Origin: an uncultured bacterium
GTDB lineage: Bacteria; Patescibacteriota; Minisyncoccia; UBA6257; 2-01-FULL-56-20
DNA: 64,000 nucleotides
Reading direction: 5' to 3'
Assembly: GCA_963844965.1 (NCBI GenBank)
Contig: CAWJQC010000004.1
Span: 128,001-192,000 of the forward strand
Shown here one piece after another: positions 30,192 to 38,244 of this stretch. A model generated the notes under the pieces. The model did not search any database and was not told the origin of the DNA. It was given only the letters and a program-made list of their open reading frames with translations. Both the position numbers and the translations under genes were made by a program. Position 1 is the first letter of the stretch. Every line of letters starts with the position of its first letter.

Positions 30192-30977
30192 TTAAAGCTG
30201 ATATTTTCGCTTAAACCTTTTTATCGCCTCTCTAGCGCCAGGCAAAGCTGTGGTGTTGTACAACTTACTTAGGTTGTCAAGAAAACTCGGACCAAATGAT
30301 TCCTCAAATAATTTAACAACGTCCTGGTTTTCAAGCGTCTCCCCGTTCAATAAAGCCTGCACCAATGCCTCCCAACACACGCGCTCGCTCTGCTGATTCT
30401 TAGTTGCCAACCTCTTTACCATGGCATTGACTAAAGAAACTTCTAGGTTATAGGAAAATCCTTGATCGCTTGCGACTGCCGTTTTGTATGCACTTACCCG
30501 ATCCTCGGGCCATCTTGATCGCTCTGCGTAAGCCACGGTGATTTCCCTGGAGAGCTTTTCCACTACGCCCTCGTTAAGCGCATCGAACAAGCAGCCGAAA
30601 TTACTGTTGCGGTATATGCTGCTGACTCGGCCCGACCTTCGGAAGTTGATGCCTTCTTCGCCCAACTTTCGAAACAGGCCGGATTGTTTATAGTCTACGT
30701 ATTCTTCGGTTCTTCGATCTGGGTGTTCGTAGGTATTCCACATACAGATATTTCGACTTACTGCATGCGTTTCCTCGTGTGCCAGCACAGCAAGCTGTAT
30801 TAACTCTGCCCCTCCGCATTTTTCAAGTTTCGCTTTTGCTGACTTCCGCCTTTTCGGATCCAAGTCAGAATAATCATCAACACGGCTAAGCACAATGACG
30901 TTGTTTTCCGGATTGTAGCTATGACCTGGACCCGCTATTTTAGACACAAAGGTCGAAACCAAGTACCATTGTGTCAT
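30192..30977 (-). CDS. HExxH-motif putative metallopeptidase-like protein
   Basis: AVLAHEETHAV zinc-binding motif; start trimmed to MTQWYLV because the upstream part of the ORF is antisense to the recombinase. Confidence 0.5.
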   Translation of the reverse strand: MTQWYLVSTFVSKIAGPGHSYNPENNVIVLSRVDDYSDLDPKRRKSAKAKLEKCGGAELIQLAVLAHEETHAVSRNICMWNTYEHPDRRTEEYVDYKQSGLFRKLGEEGINFRRSGRVSSIYRNSNFGCLFDALNEGVVEKLSREITVAYAERSRWPEDRVSAYKTAVASDQGFSYNLEVSLVNAMVKRLATKNQQSERVCWEALVQALLNGETLENQDVVKLFEESFGPSFLDNLSKLYNTTALPGAREAIKRFKRKYQL

Positions 30978-32394
30978 GACTAACAAAAAGGGGCATCGTA
31001 TCCCCATGCTCCGCCGCATTGAGCGGGGCGAGGCGCAGGGTATCATCTGTTGGAAACTAGATCGAGTGGCACGCAATATGCAGGACGGCGGAAAGACCAT
31101 TGAACTCCTTAAACAAGGAGTGATCCAACATATTCGTGCCTTCGCAAGCAGTTACTATCCGCAAGACAACGTGCTCCTCATGTGCATAGAGTTCGGCATA
31201 GCTGACCAATATGTTCGCGATTTAAGTGCTAACACTTCGCGCGGATTGAGATACAAAGCAAGCTTGGGTATCTACCCCGGCCTCGCCCCGTTCGGATATA
31301 TAAACGATCCACAGACCAAGACCGTTATCGTAAACCGCAAGAACGCAAAGCTCGTCAAAAAAACTTTTGAGATTTACGCGACGGGCAAAGTCCGCCTTGA
31401 AAATCTTGCCGATCTTTGGGAGAAGGCGGGCGTCATGTCTAAAGGCAACCGTCGCGTCCATATTTCAAGAATGTCTTTCATTCTGCAAAATCCTTTCTAC
31501 TACGGACACTTTCGTTATTGCGGCGAGATACACGAAGGCAAGCATGAGCCAATCATTACGAAAGACCTCTACGATAAAGCGAACGCTGTCCTGCGAAGCC
31601 GAGGCCGTGTGCCGGACATTAAGAACGACCCAAGCCCTTACTGCGGCCTCCTGCGGTGCGGCGAGTGCGGTATGGGTATTACGGCCGAGGACAAGACAAA
31701 GCACCAAAAGAACGGCAACGTCCACCACTACGTTTATTACCGTTGTACCCGCAAATCGAAGACGCACAAGTGCCACGAAGCACCCGTGCGGAGCGAGATA
31801 CTGGATCGGCAGTTGTCGGCTCTTATCGCCGACTACGCCATGCCCAAAGAGTGGGTAGCCCCTTTGTCGGCTATGCTCGACCAAGAGGCCATAAACGCCA
31901 AACAGACGGCGTCGGTGGCCGTTCAAGAGTTGCGGGAGCAGGTGCAAGACCTTACCCGCGACCTCGCCAGACTTACCGATGTCTATGTTGCACAAGACAT
32001 AGAGCGAGATGACTACCTTGAGAGGCGTCGTTCGCTCATGTCGGAAAAGAAGTCCGTCGAGGAGCAAATAGCCCGTCTTGAACGAACCCCCTCCGCGTGG
32101 ATTGAACCTGCCCGAAGTTGGATTCGGGACGCTTCAATACTGGACGAAACAGCAAAAAACTTCGACCTCCCCTCCAAAAAACTCTCCCTCCAAAAAATCT
32201 TCGGATTGAACCTCTTTCTTAAAAACCGTCGTATCGAATTTAACCCCATCAAACCTTACGCTTCGCTCCGCGAAGCGCGCGTAAATTTTTCTGAAACTGA
32301 CTTACCTTTGAAACTGGAGCGGGTAACGGGAATCGAACCCGTGTGTCAACCTTGGCTCCGTCACCATAAGAAGGACTGCTTGCTTTTTCCGTGA
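30976..32394 (+). pseudogene. large serine recombinase lacking the N-terminal catalytic-serine segment (truncated paralog of the 43135 gene)
   Basis: Aligns to the intact paralog from GEAQGIICWKLDRVARN onward (zinc ribbon CGECGM..YYRCTRKSK, coiled coil, C-terminal ERVTGIEP); no YARKST.D..Q active-site region upstream; the 3' end is a degenerate tRNA-3'-half-like sequence. Confidence 0.7.
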
Positions 32395-32720
32395 GTGTAT
32401 TTACAACACCGCTTGGACTTATTTTAACAAAAAACTCTGACTTTGGCGAGGCCGGAAGGGGTCGTTGAGGGGGTCGTTCCAGAACGACTACCTTTTGAAT
32501 TGAAAATACTCGGCGAGCACTGGCTTCTCTGCCTCTCGCGGAGTTTTTTCTTACCCCCGACAATACCTCCTTTGAGGAGGTTGAAGGTTGCCCCTTCGCC
32601 CCTCGCCTGCTGGCTCGGGGCTCGGGGCTTATATTGTTGTGGGCTGGATGCGCTAATTTTCCTCGGCTCCGCTCTCCTTGGCCGAGTTGAAAAACACGAA
32701 CCGCAGTTGATGCGCGCGGG
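32395..32720. repeat. ~330-bp element, left inverted-repeat copy (IR-L), starting at the recombinase stop codon
   Basis: Reverse complement matches 37650-37995 at roughly 85% identity (e.g. cccccgacaatacctcc / ggaggtattgtcggggg). Confidence 0.8.
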
Positions 32721-32800
32721 TGGGAGAGAAACTTTGAGCCAAGGAGGAGCGGAGGCCTCGGAAAATCGGCCTCTTACTGATATAATGAATATATAATGCT

Positions 32801-33673
32801 ATGCCGAAACATACCAGCAAAAAATTTGTCAGAAGCCCAGACAATGGCGGCCGATTGCGCATCCAGCCCAGCGACGTCGCGCTCCTCCGCGATTTGTCGG
32901 AATATCGTTTCCTGAACACCGAGCAGGTTTTGGCCCTGCACCACCGAGGTTTGCGCAACCTCCAACGCCGCTTGCACGATTTGTACCACGCGGGGTATCT
33001 TGAACGCCCTCCCCAGCAGAACATCTCCGCTCTGCCGAAAGGTCATATCGTTTACGGCTTGGGGGCGAAGGGTGCGGAGCTTCTTTATGAAAATCGGGAG
33101 GAGCGCGCCGAAAAACTCCGGCAAGTGAAGCTGAACCGCGAGACAACGTTTCCCTACATCGCCCACGCTTTGATGATTTCCCAGTTCCGCGCGGCCTTGA
33201 CACTGGCGGCGGAAAAAACCGGAGGGAAGATGAAAGTTGCGAGATGGCGACAGGGCTTTGAATTGAAAAACTATTTGAAGCTCCGCGGCGGAACTCCCGA
33301 ACTCATGCCGGACGCGTTTTTCGCGATTGAACAGGGCGACAGACGCTGGAACTTGTTTTTGGAAACCGACCGCTCCACGATGACACTTGACCGGTTTTTG
33401 GTAAAGCTCAAAACATACTGGAAATGGTGGTGGGAGGAAAAATACAAAGAACAGCTCGGCATCTCGCACTTCCGCGTGCTTACCATAACCATTTCCGAAG
33501 AACGGAAGGAGAACCTTCTCCGCGTCGCCAAAAACGCCGACCCGAGAAGGCAAGGGAGCAACATGTTTTTGTTTATTTCCGAAAAAGAGTTTTCGCTGAA
33601 GAAGCCGGAGGCGGTGTTGTCTCCGGTGTGGCTTTCGCCGAGAGACGGATTGAAACATTCGTTTCTTGAATAA
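32801..33673 (+). CDS. replication-relaxation family protein (plasmid/ICE-type)
   Basis: 290 aa; N-terminal wHTH (LLRDLSEYRFLNTEQVLAL) and core PDAFFAIEQGDRRWNLFLETDRSTMTLDRFLVKLKTYWKWW typical of that family. Confidence 0.7.
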   Translation: MPKHTSKKFVRSPDNGGRLRIQPSDVALLRDLSEYRFLNTEQVLALHHRGLRNLQRRLHDLYHAGYLERPPQQNISALPKGHIVYGLGAKGAELLYENREERAEKLRQVKLNRETTFPYIAHALMISQFRAALTLAAEKTGGKMKVARWRQGFELKNYLKLRGGTPELMPDAFFAIEQGDRRWNLFLETDRSTMTLDRFLVKLKTYWKWWWEEKYKEQLGISHFRVLTITISEERKENLLRVAKNADPRRQGSNMFLFISEKEFSLKKPEAVLSPVWLSPRDGLKHSFLE

Positions 33674-33733
33674 ATTAGCGGCGGCCACGAGGTCGAAGCG
33701 GCCGCCAGTTTTTTAAAAAGTTCCCTATACTTT

Positions 33734-34492
33734 ATGCCGCATACGCCGACGACAACGACAATAATCGTGGGCGCGCTCATGGTCATCGCCACCGCGCTTT
33801 TTTGCGTCGCGGCTTATTTTGTCATCAAATACGCGCTCCGCTTCGTCGGAAAAATGTTCAGCTTCGTAAACGAGGTGGCAAACATCGTCAGGGAAAGGAA
33901 AGACCGGTATCTTGTTGGGCCGGTTTGGGGATGGGACATACAAGACCGGATAGAAGAATGGGACAAGCCGGACGAGGAGTGGTCGGTTATGGTCGAAGGA
34001 GCGGCGGGATACGGCGAAGAATTTTTGGAGCGCGTCGCTCGCCGCGCGCTTGACGAAAACATTCCCCGGCTTGTGGTGAGAAAGCGGATTGTCTGGCCGT
34101 ATCTGCGCCGAAAATGGCAACCGGTTCTTGTGATAACCAACAAGAAAATAAAGGGCTATCAAATGCTGATTGACGCGACAGACTACACCGACCGCCTTGA
34201 TGTTTGGTGGCGAGTTGATAAAGGCGACCGCGACCAACTGCCCTTGAGAGGGGCGGAAATACGGGAAAAGAGATTCGGGCTCGATTCGTCGGGCGTTCTT
34301 GAAGCCCAAGCCCAACAAGAGAAAAACTGGGTATTTCCCGAACAGATGACCGCTCTCGACAAGCAGGAGTGGGACAACTGCACTGGTTTGGTGCGCGATA
34401 TTGTCAGAGCCGAGGTAAAACGGATGGCGGACGAAGTTCGTATCGGCGGCGGCGTGGCTGGCGGCGCGAAGGGATTTATTGACATCAACTAA
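33734..34492 (+). CDS. membrane-anchored hypothetical protein, 14-nt overlap with the downstream T4CP-like ATPase
   Basis: N-terminal TM helix IIVGALMVIATALFCVAAYFVI; translationally coupled to the next gene. Confidence 0.55.
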   Translation: MPHTPTTTTIIVGALMVIATALFCVAAYFVIKYALRFVGKMFSFVNEVANIVRERKDRYLVGPVWGWDIQDRIEEWDKPDEEWSVMVEGAAGYGEEFLERVARRALDENIPRLVVRKRIVWPYLRRKWQPVLVITNKKIKGYQMLIDATDYTDRLDVWWRVDKGDRDQLPLRGAEIREKRFGLDSSGVLEAQAQQEKNWVFPEQMTALDKQEWDNCTGLVRDIVRAEVKRMADEVRIGGGVAGGAKGFIDIN

Positions 34493-36071
34493 CTATGAAA
34501 AACGGATTTTTAAAAACAATTTTGGACTGGATACTGGACTGGCGTTATCCGCTCCCGCCCCCGCCGGAGCCGGACTTGCCTCTTTTTCCGAGCAGTCGGA
34601 GGAACCGATGGCGGACAAATTCAAACTGCCGAGGCCCAACGAGCTTGTTCTCGGCAGTACGACAACCAAAGGGCCGGACGGCAAGGCAGAAGGCAAGACA
34701 AAGGGCGTGTCGCAGGACGACCGCTCGACCCATTTTTACGTGGTGGGAGCGACCGGCACGGGCAAGACGAAATTTTTGGAAACCCTAATCTTGCAGGACG
34801 CGATGAACGCGCACGGCTTTGGCATCGTGGACGCGCAGGGCGATTTGACGGAAGACATCAAGAGCTATCTTTTCATTCTTACCTTCCCAAACGAACCGGA
34901 GGAAACCGCCGAATTTGAAAAAGATTCGGAAAAAGCCCTCAAAAAAATTAAAAGATTTTTGAGCGAACGCGTCGTGCTGATAGACCCGTCCGACAGGGAA
35001 AGAACTGTTTGCTTTAATCCGCTTGAAAAAGTGGAGGGGCTTTCGCCCGCCGGAATCGCGAGCGAAGCAGTGGAGGCGTTCAAGAAAATCTGGCATGACG
35101 CTTGGGGCGCGAGAATGGAAGACCTGCTCAAAAATTCTCTGATAGCCCTCGTCGAGAACGACCTCACCCTCGCCGAACTTCCCCTGTTTCTTTCCGACAT
35201 CGGGGCGAGAAAAAAGATTCTGAAAAAAGTCATCCATCCCGTCTGCCGCCAGTATTTTGAAAAGTTCAATTCTTTGAGGTCGTCGTTGCAGGACGAGTGG
35301 GCGGAATCAACTCTGAACAAGGCCCGCGCCTTCATGTCCAACGACCACGTGCGGCAGATGCTCTCGGCGGTTAAAAGCACTTTCAACTTCCGCGACATAA
35401 TGGACGACCGGAAAATTCTGCTGGTGAAGCTGAATCGCGGAAAATTGAAGGGCGACGCCGACCTGCTCGGCTCTTTGCTTCTCTCCAAAATCCAGATGGC
35501 CGCCTTTTCTCGGACGGACGTTCCGCAATCCGAACGCGTGCCGTTTTATCTTTACATCGATGAGTTTCAGAATTTTGCGACCGAGAGTTTTATCCAAACG
35601 CTCGCCGAAGCGAGAAAGTATGGCCTGTCGATTACGCTGGCTCATCAGAATCTCGCCCAGCTACCGCCGTCCCTGCGGGCGTCGATACTCTCCAACTGCG
35701 GCTTGCAGGCGTACTTCCGCATCTCGCGCGACGACGCGAACATGCTAGCTAGGGAATCTCTCGCTTCCGTTTACGAAGAGCCGCCCGGCTGGGAGTTTTA
35801 CGTCCGCTCGCTTCAAGAACTGCCGAGGCGCGAGTGCGTGATAAAACATAAAATCGCGGGAGGCGTGATTGCCGTCCACACCATCGGACTGCCTACCCCT
35901 TGGGAATGGGCGAAGATGGACGAAAAGAAATTCTCGGAGGGACTGGCCGCGATGAATACCGGCGGCGCGTACATGCGCAAGCGCGAGGACATAGAGAAAG
36001 AATATCGGTCGAGGCAAGAGGCCCTCCGATTTATGGACGAGCCGGAGAGTTTCTGGGAGCGGAAGGTTTAA
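34479..36071 (+). CDS. VirD4/TraG/TraD-like type IV coupling-protein-type ATPase (soluble domain only)
   Basis: Walker A VVGATGTGKTKF; Walker B YLYIDEFQNFATE; ARKYGLSITLAHQNLAQL motif characteristic of T4CP/TraD-like ATPases. Confidence 0.65.
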   Translation: MTSTNYEKRIFKNNFGLDTGLALSAPAPAGAGLASFSEQSEEPMADKFKLPRPNELVLGSTTTKGPDGKAEGKTKGVSQDDRSTHFYVVGATGTGKTKFLETLILQDAMNAHGFGIVDAQGDLTEDIKSYLFILTFPNEPEETAEFEKDSEKALKKIKRFLSERVVLIDPSDRERTVCFNPLEKVEGLSPAGIASEAVEAFKKIWHDAWGARMEDLLKNSLIALVENDLTLAELPLFLSDIGARKKILKKVIHPVCRQYFEKFNSLRSSLQDEWAESTLNKARAFMSNDHVRQMLSAVKSTFNFRDIMDDRKILLVKLNRGKLKGDADLLGSLLLSKIQMAAFSRTDVPQSERVPFYLYIDEFQNFATESFIQTLAEARKYGLSITLAHQNLAQLPPSLRASILSNCGLQAYFRISRDDANMLARESLASVYEEPPGWEFYVRSLQELPRRECVIKHKIAGGVIAVHTIGLPTPWEWAKMDEKKFSEGLAAMNTGGAYMRKREDIEKEYRSRQEALRFMDEPESFWERKV

Positions 36072-36081
36072 CCGCGCCTAT

Positions 36082-36111
36082 TTGACAAACCGGACTTGAA
36101 AATGGTATCTT
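36082..36111 (+). promoter_or_regulatory. candidate sigma-70 promoter
   Basis: TTGACA (36082-36087), 18-nt spacer, TATCTT (36106-36111). Confidence 0.3.
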
Positions 36112-36267
36112 CTCCCCAGTTTCATTACCCCCGCCGTCCGCGCTAAAGCGGTGCGGCGGGAAAGCGGAACGCGAGGGAGATCGCGCTCTCGCCCGTTCCC
36201 TTGGATGGCTCCTCCTCGAACCGCCGAGAAGAAGGAATGAAACTTTTTCATAATAAAGAGTACAATA

Positions 36268-36300
36268 AAAGGACGTCACGGGACGTCCTTTTATTTTTTT
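36268..36300 (+). terminator. rho-independent terminator
   Basis: aaaggacgtc-acgg-gacgtcctt followed by ttattttttt. Confidence 0.5.
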
Positions 36301-36354
36301 GAACTGGAACATCTCGCAACCGAAATAGAGCCGCTCGGCAAAACCACCTTCCAC

Positions 36355-37597
36355 GAGAAGGGCGTTTTATTCGGCATCAGGCCCAAAGACCGCCGCCATC
36401 ATATGTACGTTATCGGGCAGACCGGCACCGGCAAGTCCACGCTCTTGAAGAATATGGTGATACAGGACTTGCGGTTCGGCCACGGGGTGCGCGGTCATTG
36501 ATCCCCACGGCGAACTGGTGGAAGACATTTTGAACTTCGTGCCGCGCTCGCCGCACGAACGAGGTCGTGTATTTCAATCCGGCGGACACGGAAAACCCCA
36601 TCGGCTTGAATATCCTTGAAGCCCGCGACGAGAACGAAAAACAGCTCGTCGCTTCGTCGCTCATCTCGGTATTCAAGCATTTGTGGAAAGGGTTTTGGGG
36701 TCCGCGGCTTGAGCACGTTTTCCATAACGCCATACTTGCTTTGATGGACACGCCGGGCAGTACCTTGCTCGGCATTTACCGGATGCTCGCGGACGACGAA
36801 TACCGGCAGCAAGTCGTCGGCGCAGGTCAAAGACCCCGTCGTGAGATTGTTTTGGAAGGAGGATTTTGAGAAGTATCCGCCGCAACTTCAAAAAAGAAGT
36901 CGCCTCGCCGATTCAGAACAAAATCGGCCAGCTTCTCACGAGCACGCCCTTGCGAAACATCGTCGGCCAGTCCCGGAGCACGATTGATCTGCGCTTCATT
37001 ATGGACAACCAGAGAATTTTCCTTGTGAACCTCGCCAAAGGCACGGATCGGCGAGGACAAGGCAAATCTGCTCGGCTCGGTGCTCGTTACGAAGCTGTAC
37101 CTTGCCGCGCTTGAACGGCAGGACATGCCGGAGGAGGAACGCAAGGATTTTTATCTGTACATTGACGAGTTTCAGAACTTCTCCACGGACGTTTTCCCGT
37201 CTATCTTGTCGGAAGCCAGAAAATATCGGCTTGAACCTCATTCTCGCCCATCAATATCTTATATCAGCTTTCGGAGAGCGTGAAGCACTCGGTTTTCGGC
37301 AACGTCGGCACGCTCGCGTCTTTTCGCGTCGGAAGCATCGACGCGCGCGAACTGGCCGAGGAGTTCAGCCCGACTTTCACCAAAGAAGACCTGGAACACA
37401 CCGAAAACTATCACGCCTACCTCAAGCTGATGATAGACGGGAAGCGATCCACTCCTTTTTCCGCCGAAACGCTCCCGCCTCTCGCCCATCAGGGCGACGA
37501 GGCGCAGAAAGAAACGCTCATTAGAGTTTCACGGGAGCGTTTCGCGTCAAAGCGAGAGGACATGACGGAGAAAATCGAAAAATGGTTTTCAAAGTAA
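36355..37597 (+). pseudogene. degenerate T4CP-like ATPase paralog with at least five frame disruptions
   Basis: Consecutive frames give MYVIGQTGTGKSTLLKNMVIQDL / VYFNPADTENPIGLNILEARDE..FWGPRLEHV / KEVASPIQNKIGQLLTS..DLRFIMDNQRIFLVNLAKG / DFYLYIDEFQNFSTDVFPSILSEARKY / SVFGNVGTLASFRVGSIDAREL..; collinear with the 34479 gene. Confidence 0.7.
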
Positions 37598-37649
37598 ACC
37601 ATTTTTCATGTTTTTTTTCCTCGGCCTTGCGGCCTGAGCGGATTTTCTT

Positions 37650-37995
37650 TTTTTGTTTTCCTTCCCACCCGCGCGTAGAATACGATTCGGTTTTTTCAAC
37701 TCGGCCAAGGAGAGCGGAGCCGAGGAAATACGCTAGAGACAGCCCAGCATACAATAGTAAGTCCCGAGCCCCGAGCAGCAGCGAGGGGCGAAGGGGCAAA
37801 CCTTCACCCTCCCAAAAGGAGGTATTGTCGGGGGTGTCGAAAGGTCCGAGGCGGAGCGAAGAAGCCAATATCAGCGGAGTAATTTCAATTCACGGGGTAG
37901 TCGTTCTGGAACGACCCCCTCAACGACTCCTTCGGGCCTCGCCAAAGTCAGAGATTTTGGTTAAAATAAGTCCAAGCGGTGTTGTAAATACACTC
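37650..37995. repeat. ~330-bp element, right inverted-repeat copy (IR-R)
   Basis: Reverse complement of IR-L; outer end ...gtaaatacactcc abuts the recombinase-3'-end duplicate. Confidence 0.8.
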
Positions 37996-38140
37996 CATAA
38001 CACAACTTAAAGGTTTTTTATTCACCGAACAATGGGCTTCCACAATGGAAGCCCATTGTTTTTCCGCAAAACCGCGCGCTTCGCGCGCGTGGAGTGTCAG
38101 GTTCAATCCGAAAATTTTTTGAGCGAACGATTTTTTGAGG
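37996..38140 (-). repeat. near-identical duplicate of the last ~140 nt of the 43135 recombinase gene (att-like junction with IR-R)
   Basis: Reverse complement matches 44515-44650, then switches at gttatg|gag into IR sequence instead of tRNA-Gly. Confidence 0.75.
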
Positions 38141-38244
38141 GGTAAGGGGGTCGCAGATAAAGATATAATGCTTGCCCCGCCCTTCCCGTGCGCGCATTAT
38201 GTATTTTTGCCGATTTTGAAATCGGCAACTCCCTTATAACGATT

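Noticed and set aside
30978-31100. N-terminal 41 codons of ORF 30192..31100 (MVFPPSCILRATRSSFQQMIPCASP...)
   Set aside because: Antisense to the recombinase gene; the same antisense peptide appears opposite the intact recombinase (43176..43466), so it reflects nucleotide homology. The gene start was trimmed to MTQWYLV.
32320-32394. tRNA at the 3' end of the truncated recombinase (T-arm-like GGTTCGATTCC plus acceptor-like end)
   Set aside because: No complementary 5' acceptor strand or D/anticodon arms can be found upstream; it is recombinase coding sequence resembling a tRNA 3' half, paralleling the real tRNA-Gly overlap of the intact gene.
32443-32796. ORFs inside the inverted repeats (32443..32796 plus strand; 37521..37868 minus strand) sharing FLGSALLGRVEK
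   Set aside because: The shared peptide stems from nucleotide conservation of the IR; no start-codon context, low-complexity translations.
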